Source of the DNA: an uncultured beta proteobacterium
Lineage (GTDB): Bacteria > Pseudomonadota > Gammaproteobacteria > Burkholderiales > Nitrosomonadaceae
Length of the DNA stretch: 32,000 nt
Direction: 5' to 3'
Assembly: GCA_963745455.1 (NCBI GenBank)
Contig: CAVUXR010000006.1
Coordinates: 31,457 to 63,456 of the forward strand
The notes below the pieces were generated by a model. It did not search any database, was not told the DNA's origin, and saw nothing but the letters and a program-made list of their open reading frames with translations. Below are positions 9,683 to 20,087 of the stretch, piece after piece. Positions within the stretch are counted from its first letter, which is position 1. Each line of letters starts with the position of its first letter. A program made the position numbers and the translations under genes.

Positions 9683-9714
9683 AGGGTATTTTTACCCTAA
9701 TGGAATTAGGGTAA
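9683..9714. promoter_or_regulatory. Overlapping palindromes built from TAGGGTA/TACCCTA. Either two mutually exclusive hairpins or a dyad operator.
   Basis: AGGGTA (9683-9688) pairs with TACCCT (9693-9698). TTACCCTAA (9692-9700) pairs with TTAGGGTAA (9706-9714). The two stems share 9692-9698. A fourth ACCCTA lies at 9644-9649. Confidence 0.45.
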
Positions 9715-10029
9715 TGACGCTCCGGCAGGATAAAAATTTCGCTTGGTTTTTTCGCTCTTTTTATCTCCCCTGTCTCTATAGATCTGTTTCAGGAATTGGG
9801 GGGATACCTCATAATCATCAAGGCCTCCGAATCAGTGCAAATGTTGAAACGTCGAGCTGTATATCCGCCGAAAGCCTCGTAATCTGCCGGTTCTTTGCGG
9901 ATTTTTTTAGGCTTGGCCGTCAACTCCCCCCTAACACAAGGCTCGCAAAAAGAGAAGTGGCTGAGAGGGATTCTTCAGGGGATTTCTCAGAGGGCTTTTT
10001 TAAATTCACTCGTTTCCCTAAATCCATTC

Positions 10030-10058
10030 TTGACGAAGCAGCCGGGTCTATCTATGAT
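10030..10058 (+). promoter_or_regulatory. Candidate sigma70 promoter for cytL (TTGACG-N17-TATGAT)
   Basis: -35 element at 10030-10035, a 17-nt spacer, and -10 element at 10053-10058. This is about 50 nt upstream of the cytL ATG, whose RBS AAGGAG is at 10101-10106. Motif match only. Confidence 0.4.
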
Positions 10059-10111
10059 TGCCGCGGCAGGCAGTACAATCGAGATTTTCCTCAATAATTT
10101 AAGGAGTTGAC

Positions 10112-10702
10112 ATGTCAAAGCTACGAATAAAAAAAACATTGCTAGGCGGGCTTCCAGCTTTGCTGATGGCCGGGGTATTATGGATGCAGGTTGCACCGGC
10201 CAGTGCGTCAGATCACAGTCATCACGGGAAAGAGTACGCGAAATTCAATAAAGCCGGAGAGCTGGTGCGGCCTGCCGATTACAGAGAATGGATTTTCGTG
10301 GGTTCGCCTGTAACTCCCAAAGATATGAACGATGGCAAACCGGCGTTTCCTGAATTTCATAATGTTTATATTGACCCCGCCAGCTGGGCTCACTACAAGA
10401 AAACGGGAGAGTTCCGCAGCGGCACGATTATCGTGAAGGAGCTGGTCAGTGTCGGTACCAAGAAATCAGCGAGCGGAAATGGTTACTTCCAGGGAGACTT
10501 TCTCGGCATCGCCGCTACGGTCAAGGACAAGAAACGCTTCGCGGACAGACCCAACAATTGGGCATACTTCGGCTTTGGCGATAAGGCCAGCGCAGCGGCG
10601 GAACCCGATGATGCGTGCGCGGCCTGCCATAAAGCCAATGCCGCACAAGACATGGTGTTTACTCAGCACTACCCGGTATTGCGCGCTGCAAAGTCTAAGT
10701 AA
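10112..10702 (+). CDS. cytL: Cytochrome P460 (hydroxylamine/NO-reactive periplasmic heme protein)
   Basis: 196 aa with a signal peptide ending ...APASA. Close similarity, from memory, to N. europaea P460: ...YREWIFVGSPVTP...GEFRSGTIIVKELVSVG...GNGYFQGDF...NNWAYF...CAACHKANAAQDMVFTQHYPVLRAAK. It has a single C-terminal CxxCH and retains the Lys in the VKELV motif. Confidence 0.92.
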   Translation: MSKLRIKKTLLGGLPALLMAGVLWMQVAPASASDHSHHGKEYAKFNKAGELVRPADYREWIFVGSPVTPKDMNDGKPAFPEFHNVYIDPASWAHYKKTGEFRSGTIIVKELVSVGTKKSASGNGYFQGDFLGIAATVKDKKRFADRPNNWAYFGFGDKASAAAEPDDACAACHKANAAQDMVFTQHYPVLRAAKSK

Positions 10703-10787
10703 CGGGAAAAGCTTATATAACAGAAGTGCTGCTGGTTTTCAGAAAACTCTGGATAAGGTAGAAGGCGTCTTAACTTGAGAGCGGACT

Positions 10788-10812
10788 CGCCTCGGGTTCA
10801 GGCGCCTTTTTT
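10788..10812 (+). terminator. Weak candidate intrinsic terminator after cytL
   Basis: CGCCT (10788-10792) pairs with AGGCG (10800-10804) across a 7-nt loop, followed by CC and TTTTTT (10807-10812). The stem is only 5 bp. Confidence 0.3.
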
Positions 10813-10910
10813 CCTTCAGATTTTGTAGAATATAGAAATTACGGCGAATATGAGCAGGACGGCATTCAAATTCTTATCCTGCCGGCGAAATCAATATTGG
10901 AGATATAACA

Positions 10911-11480
10911 ATGGCAGAAACGGGCAACACCAGAGCAGTGGCCGCTCCCGAGCTTCAAACATCAGGATGGCTCAATACGCCTCAACCCCTGACACTGGCT
11001 GCGTTAAGAGGAAAAGTGGTTGTGCTGCATACCTTTCAGATTTTCTGCCCGGGTTGCGTGCAGATGGGAATCCCACAGGCGCAGAAAATATATCAGGAGT
11101 TCGATCCGAGCCGGGTGGCGGTCATTGGCCTGCATACCGTCTTCGAACATCACCCGGTCATGGGTCCGGACGCGCTTGAAGTATTCGTGCACGAGTACCG
11201 GCTGCGCTTTCCGATTGGCATTGACAAGTATGACGGCCAGCCACAAGGAGTACCGTTAACAATGCGGGCTTATCAAATGCAAGGCACCCCGACTCTTATT
11301 CTCATCGATAAGAACGGCTATATTCGTCTTCATAAGTTTGGCCATGTCAGTGATCTTACCGTTGGCTTTTCCATCGGAGCTTTGCTTTCCGAAGAAACCG
11401 ATGAATCCGAGCGAGTGCCGAAAGCGGCTGGGACAAGCGTGGAAAACACGGCGTGTGATGCGGATGGGTGCCGCATCTGA
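10911..11480 (+). CDS. Thioredoxin-fold redoxin (TlpA/AhpC-TSA family) with a CPGC active site; apparently cytoplasmic
   Basis: 189 aa containing ...GKVVVLHTFQIFCPGCV... and ...MQGTPTLILIDKNGYI.... No signal peptide or TM helix. An extra C-terminal Cys pair is present (CDADGC). Confidence 0.8.
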   Translation: MAETGNTRAVAAPELQTSGWLNTPQPLTLAALRGKVVVLHTFQIFCPGCVQMGIPQAQKIYQEFDPSRVAVIGLHTVFEHHPVMGPDALEVFVHEYRLRFPIGIDKYDGQPQGVPLTMRAYQMQGTPTLILIDKNGYIRLHKFGHVSDLTVGFSIGALLSEETDESERVPKAAGTSVENTACDADGCRI

Positions 11481-11577
11481 TTACACTTCTACTGTTGAGA
11501 TCCTGTCTCGGCCGTCGCTCTGATTATCCGCAGCGCGGCCGTTGTGCCCTAAGCAAGCCTGGCCTCCCCGCTAGAGA

Positions 11578-12288
11578 TCAAACAATAGTCTTCTTAGGTT
11601 TATCGTCCGGTTTAACGCGTTCCGCGATTCCAGTGAATACCCCAGCTGCGATTTGGCGCATAAGATCGGTGATGGCATGGGCTAGTTGCACGCCCGCTTC
11701 AAACCTAGTTTGACCCGCTGATAACATCTGATTGTTAAAGGCAGCCAAAGTGTCTCCCAACTGAGATCCCACCGCGGTCCCGTTGCGCTTCGCGTGGATG
11801 ATGAAGTCGTGCAAGGCTTCCGATACGGCTGTTTGTGCTGTAACTGCCGATGCTCGCACGGTCTCCAGGAAGAGGCTCTCGACACTTTCCAACTCGGCGC
11901 GAACCCGAGTAAGTTCCTCGTCGGAAAATTTCTGCGCCCGGCCCGCCGCTTCCTCCAGTGCGAGCTTGGATGCTTCCATAAGCTTTGCCAGCGCTGAATC
12001 AAGCCCGGCAAGCGCGTCGCTGACAGATGTGAGTACTGAGTGCGGAGGCGCAGTGGTGTGCTCCAGCCTCTGCTGCGCGCCTTGCCGCACGCCGTCCATA
12101 ACCGATGTCATAACACGCCCGAGAGATTCCAGATCATGCCTTTGCGTGCTAAGCGCGTTGACAGTCAAATCGCGTACCGTCTGCTGAACATTATCTCCAT
12201 GCACGATAGCGCTACGCACTTCGGCTTCAAGCGCGGATGTATCCGCGGTTGCGCCTTGAGGGGCTTTACCCCCGGTCGGGCTATGCAT
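11578..12288 (-). CDS. Hypothetical all-helical soluble protein, 236 aa, coupled to serS
   Basis: AGGAGG lies 8 nt upstream of the ATG at 12288, and only 15 nt separate it from the serS stop. The sequence is Ala/Leu/Glu-rich with heptad-like helical character and has no TM helix or signal peptide. I do not recognise a family with confidence. Confidence 0.6.
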   Translation of the reverse strand: MHSPTGGKAPQGATADTSALEAEVRSAIVHGDNVQQTVRDLTVNALSTQRHDLESLGRVMTSVMDGVRQGAQQRLEHTTAPPHSVLTSVSDALAGLDSALAKLMEASKLALEEAAGRAQKFSDEELTRVRAELESVESLFLETVRASAVTAQTAVSEALHDFIIHAKRNGTAVGSQLGDTLAAFNNQMLSAGQTRFEAGVQLAHAITDLMRQIAAGVFTGIAERVKPDDKPKKTIV

Positions 12289-12303
12289 ATAAACTTCCTC
12301 CTA

Positions 12304-13692
<1,389 letters not shown>

Positions 13693-13782
13693 TCAAACTC
13701 CAATAATGCCGGTGGAAACCACGGTCTTGAAATAAAAGTAACAAATCACAATATGCCTATGAACCATTCTTAGTTTGACGCT

Positions 13783-13816
13783 AGCAGGATGGGTAAAGCG
13801 AAGCGTAACCCATCAG
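13783..13816. repeat. REP-like palindromic element, copy 1 (AGCAGGATGGGT-N13-ACCCATCAG)
   Basis: Arms GATGGGT (13788-13794) and ACCCATC (13808-13814). Related copies lie at 13980-14010 (inverted), 25997-26029 (same orientation) and 26132-26160 (inverted). Confidence 0.75.
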
Positions 13817-13822
13817 CTACAG

Positions 13823-13871
13823 CCATCAGCCATCAGCCATCAGCCATTAGCCATTAGCCATTAGCCATTAG
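13823..13871. repeat. Heptanucleotide microsatellite: 3 x CCATCAG followed by 4 x CCATTAG
   Basis: Seven perfectly phased 7-nt units read directly from the sequence. A further CCATCAG at 13810-13816 forms the end of the REP arm. Confidence 0.95.
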
Positions 13872-13904
13872 CGAAGCGTGCCCATCAGCGAAGCGTGCCC
13901 ATCA
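13872..13904. repeat. Tandem 17-mer CGAAGCGTGCCCATCA(G) x 2, resembling a duplicated REP half-site
   Basis: 13872-13888 and 13889-13904 are identical. Compare the REP core GCGAAGCGTAACCCATCAG at 13799-13816. Confidence 0.9.
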
Positions 13905-13979
13905 AAACCAAACACCACATCAAACTATGACCGGATATCTGTGTGGTTTCACTTTGGATGAGGTGTGAAATAATCAAAT

Positions 13980-14010
13980 GATGGGTTGCGTTTTACTTCA
14001 CCCAGCCTAC
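13980..14010. repeat. REP-like element, copy 2, inverted relative to copy 1 (GATGGGTTGCGTTTTACTTCACCCAGCCTAC)
   Basis: Its reverse complement GTAGGCTGGGTGAAGTAAAACGCAACCCATC aligns with copy 1 at roughly 24 of 31 positions. It lies directly downstream of the rarA stop. Confidence 0.7.
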
Positions 14011-14051
14011 TGAAAACCATAGAGGCATAAATCACAAAGAGCTATAACAAG

Positions 14052-15365
14052 CTAAGGCTTTTTCCCCGCCTGCCTATCCAGTTCGCGCAAGTGCGCCAAT
14101 TTCTCCGATATTTCACCTTCGAGCCCACGCGACGTAGGTTCGTAAAACTTCACCTCCGGCATCCCTTCAGGGAAATAATTTTCTCCCGCGGCGTAAGCTT
14201 CAGGATCGTTATGAGCGTACCGGTAGTTACGCCCGAAGCCCAGCTCCTTCATCAGCCGGGTAGGAGCGTTGCGTAAATGCTCAGGAACCCGGCGCGACTT
14301 ATCGCCGCCAATAAAGGATCGGGTTTTATTGTAGGCGGCGTAGGCTGCATTGCTTTTGGCCGCGCATGCAAGATACAGCGTCGCTTGCGCCAGGGCCAGT
14401 TCTCCCTCAGGGCTTCCAAGACGTTCATATGTCTCGGACGCATCCAATGCTATTCGCAATGCATGCGGGTCGGCCAGGCCGATATCCTCCACCGATGCAC
14501 GGATCAGGCGGCGTGCGATATAAAGGGGGTCGGCGCCTCCGTCCAGCATGCGGCACATCCAGTAAAGCGCAGCGTCAGGGTTGGAGCCACGCACTGATTT
14601 ATGAAGCGCCGATATCTGATCGTAAAACTCATCGCCGCCCTTGTCGAAACGGCGCATTCCGCGAGAAAGCGCGCCACGCGCGTACTCAGCGTCTATTTCC
14701 ACGGTTCCCGCGACGGTCGCCGCGGTTCTTATTTGCTCCAGAAAATTGAGTAACCGCCGTGCATCACCGTCCGCATATCCCACCAACAACGATCTGGCGT
14801 CATCGGTAAAATTCAATCCCTGCAATGCCAGTTTTTTTGCCCGCTCGAACAGGACCACAAGCTCATCTTCGGACAAGGCGGTTAATACATAAACCTGTGC
14901 CCGCGACAACAGCGCGCTGTTGACCTCAAACGAAGGATTCTCGGTCGTGGCCCCGATAAATGTCACCAGGCCCTGTTCAACGTAAGGCAGGAACGCATCC
15001 TGTTGCGATTTATTGAAACGATGCACTTCATCGACAAACAGAATGGTGTGGCGGCCCGATTGCTGCAACACGACCTGTGCGCGTTCAATCGCTTCGCGAA
15101 TATCCTTGACGCCGGATAACACTGCCGAGAGCGCGATAAATTCGGCGTCAAACGCCGCCGCCATAAGCCGCGCCAAAGTTGTCTTGCCGGTGCCCGGTGG
15201 CCCCCACAGTATCATCGAATGGGGCTTGCCGGATTCAAAGGCGAGGCGCAACGGCTTGCCTTCTCCGAGTAAATGCGCTTGTCCCACCACTTCTTTCAGC
15301 GTTTTGGGACGCAACTGTTCCGCAAGCGGAGCCAGAGGCCGCCGCGGTTCGAAAAGATCATTCAC
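14052..15365 (-). CDS. rarA: Replication-associated recombination protein A (AAA+ ATPase RarA/MgsA)
   Basis: 437 aa with Walker [10 protein letters not shown] and Walker [13 protein letters not shown], plus the MgsA C-terminal domain (...[21 protein letters not shown]...). The start overlaps the lolA stop by 8 nt. Confidence 0.95.
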   Translation of the reverse strand: MNDLFEPRRPLAPLAEQLRPKTLKEVVGQAHLLGEGKPLRLAFESGKPHSMILWGPPGTGKTTLARLMAAAFDAEFIALSAVLSGVKDIREAIERAQVVLQQSGRHTILFVDEVHRFNKSQQDAFLPYVEQGLVTFIGATTENPSFEVNSALLSRAQVYVLTALSEDELVVLFERAKKLALQGLNFTDDARSLLVGYADGDARRLLNFLEQIRTAATVAGTVEIDAEYARGALSRGMRRFDKGGDEFYDQISALHKSVRGSNPDAALYWMCRMLDGGADPLYIARRLIRASVEDIGLADPHALRIALDASETYERLGSPEGELALAQATLYLACAAKSNAAYAAYNKTRSFIGGDKSRRVPEHLRNAPTRLMKELGFGRNYRYAHNDPEAYAAGENYFPEGMPEVKFYEPTSRGLEGEISEKLAHLRELDRQAGKKP

Positions 15366-15981
15366 TGATCACATCCGCACCTTCCGGTGGACTGAATTTA
15401 AACAATTCCGCAGAAATTTTGGGGTTTCGTTCCAGCCGGGAAAACGCCAGCATCGTAGTCTGGCCGAAATTGTCATGCAGCTCCATTGCCTTGAGTACGC
15501 CGTCCCGGCTAAACCCCAGGCGCACCCATTCAAAAGTACTCTCCCTGGCCTTGGGTTTCGCTTCGAGCCACTCCGTATCCCCTTCCGGGTTGATTTCACT
15601 CAGATCGAAATCATTTTCGATATCACTGCTTCCCGCGAGCAATGCGGCGGGACTGCTGCCAATGGCGACATCGAGCTTGCGGACTGTTACCTGATTGAGA
15701 TCCTGATCATAAAACCATACCTTCGCCCCGTCGCCGACAATCAATTGCTTGTAGGGTTTTTCATATACCCAGCGAAATTTGCCCGGGCGTTCGAATTGCA
15801 TCGTACCACCTCCTTTTTGTACCACCTGCATATTCCTGTCGAGGACAGTCTGGGAGAATGTCGCGCGGACGGTGCGCGTATCCCGAACAAAAGTCTTGAG
15901 GCTGCTGATTGCCGAAGCCTCAACAATGGAAACGAGCGAGCAGAGCAGCAAAAGGAAACAGGATCTGTGTAGAAAATTCAT
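15358..15981 (-). CDS. lolA: Outer-membrane lipoprotein carrier protein LolA
   Basis: 207 aa with a signal peptide and the LolA-family sequence ...[59 protein letters not shown].... It holds the conserved position between ftsK and rarA. Confidence 0.92.
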   Translation of the reverse strand: MNFLHRSCFLLLLCSLVSIVEASAISSLKTFVRDTRTVRATFSQTVLDRNMQVVQKGGGTMQFERPGKFRWVYEKPYKQLIVGDGAKVWFYDQDLNQVTVRKLDVAIGSSPAALLAGSSDIENDFDLSEINPEGDTEWLEAKPKARESTFEWVRLGFSRDGVLKAMELHDNFGQTTMLAFSRLERNPKISAELFKFSPPEGADVISE

Positions 15982-16309
15982 GAGATGCTTCCAAGGGAGA
16001 CGATAAGCAAAAAGCGATAATCGGAACGGGTTAATTCGAGTTGGTCAGTCGGTTCAGTTGCTCCCAACCTCAGCCGAAGCAAAATTTGCCGGCTTGCAAA
16101 CCGAATATTACTACGGTTGGGATTCTGTCGGCTTCTGCTTTTGTCAGGGGAAGGATCAGGGCAAGGACAGGGCCTGCTCCACATCAATTTATAATAAGTT
16201 TCAGGAGTGGATTCCCAGCGGATTCCGTATGCGCGTTGTCTAAATATGAGCAAAGTAAAAACGGCTCTGTGTTTCTTTGCTGGTTCGATATGAACCTGAG
16301 CATTTCGAG

Positions 16310-16337
16310 GAACTATGGACTTACAAAAAAGTCTAAT
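16310..16337 (+). promoter_or_regulatory. Candidate ECF/sigmaE-type promoter upstream of amoC (GAACTA-N16-TCTAAT)
   Basis: -35 element at 16310-16315 (preceded by G, giving GGAACTA), a 16-nt spacer, and -10 element at 16332-16337. For comparison, E. coli rpoH P3 is GAACTT-N16-TCTGAT. It lies about 110 nt upstream of the amoC ATG. I saw no good sigma70 match closer to the gene. Confidence 0.45.
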
Positions 16338-16434
16338 TTGCGCTGGCGGACGTATTCGCCTGCTTGAAACTAGTCTATGATAAGTTCGTAGTTATGGTTA
16401 TCCACGTAATATTTTAACCATGTAATATTAGTAA

Positions 16435-17289
<855 letters not shown>

Positions 17290-17343
17290 CCATCGACAAG
17301 GTTGGGTATAGGGCTGATCTCAGGTAATTCCGCTTCAAACCGG

Positions 17344-17381
17344 CCGCCCGCTCCTCTTAGGGGAGCGGGCGGTTGTTTTTT
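17344..17381 (+). terminator. Rho-independent terminator of amoC
   Basis: An 11-bp perfect GC-rich stem, CCGCCCGCTCC (17344-17354) with GGAGCGGGCGG (17362-17372), a 7-nt loop, then TTGTTTTTT (17373-17381). Confidence 0.85.
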
Positions 17382-17440
17382 GCTATCCACAATGGGGAAC
17401 GTACGAGCAACTTCTGGCTAGCCTGCCTCGAGCCCCTTCT

Positions 17441-19751
17441 CTACGCATTACGCTCAGGAACCAATACTTCCCGATTGCCGTTCGTTTGCATGGCCGAAAC
17501 AAGCCCCGCGCGCTCCATCTCCTCAACCAGGCGTGCAGCACGGTTATAACCGATACGCAAATGCCGCTGTACCAGCGAGATGGAAGCGCGGCGGGACTTG
17601 AGCACCATAGCGACTGCTTCGTCGTAAAGCGGATCGGCTTCACTGCCTTCCTGCGTTGAAATACCGGTGGCGCCTCCGTTTTCTCCCGCTCCACTTTCCT
17701 CTTCCAGTACATTCAGCACGCCGTCCACATAGCGTGGCTCGCCGTGTTCCTTGAGGTACTCCACCACCCGGTGGACTTCCTGATCCGCTACAAACGCTCC
17801 ATGCACGCGCAGCGGAAAACCCGTGCCGGGCGGCAAATAAAGCATGTCTCCCTGCCCGAGCAATGCTTCGGCGCCCATCTGATCGAGAATGGTGCGCGAA
17901 TCCACCTTGCTGGATACCTGAAACGCAACCCGCGTGGGGATATTCGCCTTGATAAGACCAGTAATCACATCTACGGAGGGTCGCTGCGTCGCCAGCAGCA
18001 GGTGAACACCCGCGGCACGGGCTTTTTGTGCAAGCCGGGCAATCAATTCCTCGACTTTCTTGCCCACCACCATCATTAAATCCGCCAATTCGTCTATGAC
18101 GACTACGATCAGCGGCATTTCCTCCAGCGGCTCCGGTGTATCGGGCGTCAGGCTGAATGGATTGGTAAGCGGCTCTTCGCTCTTGATCGCCTCGCGGATT
18201 TTCTGGTTATAACCGGCAAGATTGCGCACTCCCAAGGCCGACATCAGCTTGTAGCGTCGTTCCATTTCGGCGACCCCCCAGCGCAGCGCGCTCGCCGCCT
18301 GCCGCATATCGGTCACCACGGGCGCCAGCAGGTGCGGTATGCCCTCATACACGGATAACTCGAGCATTTTTGGATCGACCAGGATCAGCCGTACCTGCTC
18401 GGGCGTCGCTTTATAGATAAGGCTCAGGATCATGGCATTGATCGCGACCGATTTGCCTGATCCAGTCGTGCCGGCCACCAGCACATGCGGCATTCTGGCG
18501 AGATCCGCAACTACCGGATGGCCGCCAATATCCTTGCCGAGGGCAATCGTCAGGGGAGATGCCATGTCGGCATAAGCCTGCGAACTGAGAATTTCCGACA
18601 ACCGCACCACCTGCCGCTTGGGATTGGGTATCTCCAGGCCCATGCTGGTCCTGCCCGGAATGGTTTCGACCACGCGTATGCTCACCACCGACAGCGATCT
18701 CGCCAGATCTTTCACCAGATTGAGAATCTGGTTGCCTTTAACGCCTACCGCGGGCTCGATCTCATACCGGGTAATGACCGGGCCGGGATACGCCGCCACT
18801 ACTTTAACCTCGACGCCAAAATCGATCAGCTTACGTTCGATCAATCGGGAAGTGAATTCCAGCGTATCAGGTGACAAGGTCTCCACATCCTTTTTGGCCG
18901 GTTCGTCCAACAAATGCAGAGGCGGCAGAGGCGAATCGGGAAGATCCACGAAGAGCGGGCTCTGCTTTTCCTTGATTACCCGCGCGGACTTGGGAATGGC
19001 GCTGGCGGGTTGTTCGATGTGCAACGGCGGGTGTTCGTGCAAGCGCTTTTTTTCAACCTCGATCAGTGCCCCGCGCTGTGTTGCAGAGATCGCGCCCGCG
19101 CGCCGGTCCTGCCAATCCTCCCAGCGGCGCTTAACCGAAAGACAACCTGCTTCTATCAAGGCTCCCAGTTTTTCGACAAAGCGCAGCCAGGACAGGCCGG
19201 TGAACAAGCTGAAGCCAATCGCAAACACCACCAGCAGCGCCAGCGTTGCACCGGTAAACCCCAGCGCTTCGGATAGATTTCTGCTGATTACCAGGCCCAG
19301 TACTCCGCCCGGAGACTGGGGCAATATTATCTTGAGCGTATAAAACCGCAGTGCTTCAAGGCTGCTGCTAGCCACCAGCAACGCCAAAAAACCAATGGCT
19401 GAAACAAACAGCGGCCGACGATCGAATACGCCTGTAGATTCTATACGACGGAACGTCCCGAACATTATGTAGAGAAAAAAACAGGACCCACCACCATGCT
19501 GAAATACCAAATAAATACAAAAGCAAATCAGCCAGCCAGGCGCCTGCGACCCCCCCCGGGTTTTGCAACGGCCCATCCCCACTGTGAGACCAGCCGGGGT
19601 CAAGGCGATCATAGCCATATAATATCAACGCCAGATAAAGCACGCCGCCCAGCAAGGCAAGCCCGGCCGACTCGCGCAGCAACCTGACCACTCTGGGTGG
19701 TAGAGGACTGGAACTTGACTTTTTCGCCATCGGCTTGCTGGCAAAGCTCAT
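17441..19751 (-). pseudogene. ftsK: DNA translocase FtsK, with the N-terminal membrane domain in a different frame because of a 1-nt change in an A7/T7 run
   Basis: The C-terminal ORF carries the motor (Walker [17 protein letters not shown]) and the winged-helix gamma domain (...[21 protein letters not shown]...). The N-terminal ORF reads ...MAKKSSSSPLPPRVVRLLRESAGLALLGG...[12 protein letters not shown], then drifts out of frame. Reducing the run at 19475-19481 from 7 to 6 gives ...[22 protein letters not shown].... Start choice between 19751 and 19730 is uncertain. Confidence 0.93.
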
Positions 19752-20087
19752 GGATATATCGGCAACTTTAAATGAAAAGGGAACAAGCCAGATTATAAAC
19801 CAGGACGATCTTAAACTATTCCATCTCAAACTATTCCTTAATCAGTGCGCGCTCCGGTTCGCGTATGCTGTTACTGGGTAAATCGCTAATTTCACATTAT
19901 CTTACAATGGGTGAGGTAGAGAAGTGACCACATCTGAAGGACTCACGCTCGATCTGAATGTCTTTTACCCGTCAGAGCTAACGTTATTATGGGGTCAAGG
20001 CAGGATCGCTGATTCTGCTTGGCAGCCAGCTAATAGCGCAGGTTGTTACCGATGCATGAAGGGTGAATCATGGCGGATTTAGGTTAA

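Noticed and set aside
9714-10097. 127-aa ORF on the + strand in the coxB-cytL gap
   Set aside because: It has no Shine-Dalgarno sequence and odd composition. It runs through the repeat motifs and the candidate cytL promoter, so it is more likely non-coding regulatory DNA.
13810-13904. Possible CRISPR array
   Set aside because: The units are 7 and 17 nt long and directly abutting with no spacers, so this is a microsatellite and not a CRISPR array.
15013-15972. 319-aa ORF on the + strand
   Set aside because: It is antisense to rarA and lolA, both of which have clear family signatures. The product is low-complexity, Ser/Arg-rich, and has no RBS.
15978-16253. 91-aa ORF on the - strand upstream of lolA
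   Set aside because: Its TTG start would overlap the lolA start. The product is Pro/Arg/Ser-rich with no RBS. The region is more plausibly the lolA promoter and the edge of the amoC cassette.
18618-19343. 241-aa ORF (and the neighbouring 129-aa and 120-aa ORFs) on the + strand
   Set aside because: These are antisense to the ftsK motor and linker regions and contain no recognisable domains.
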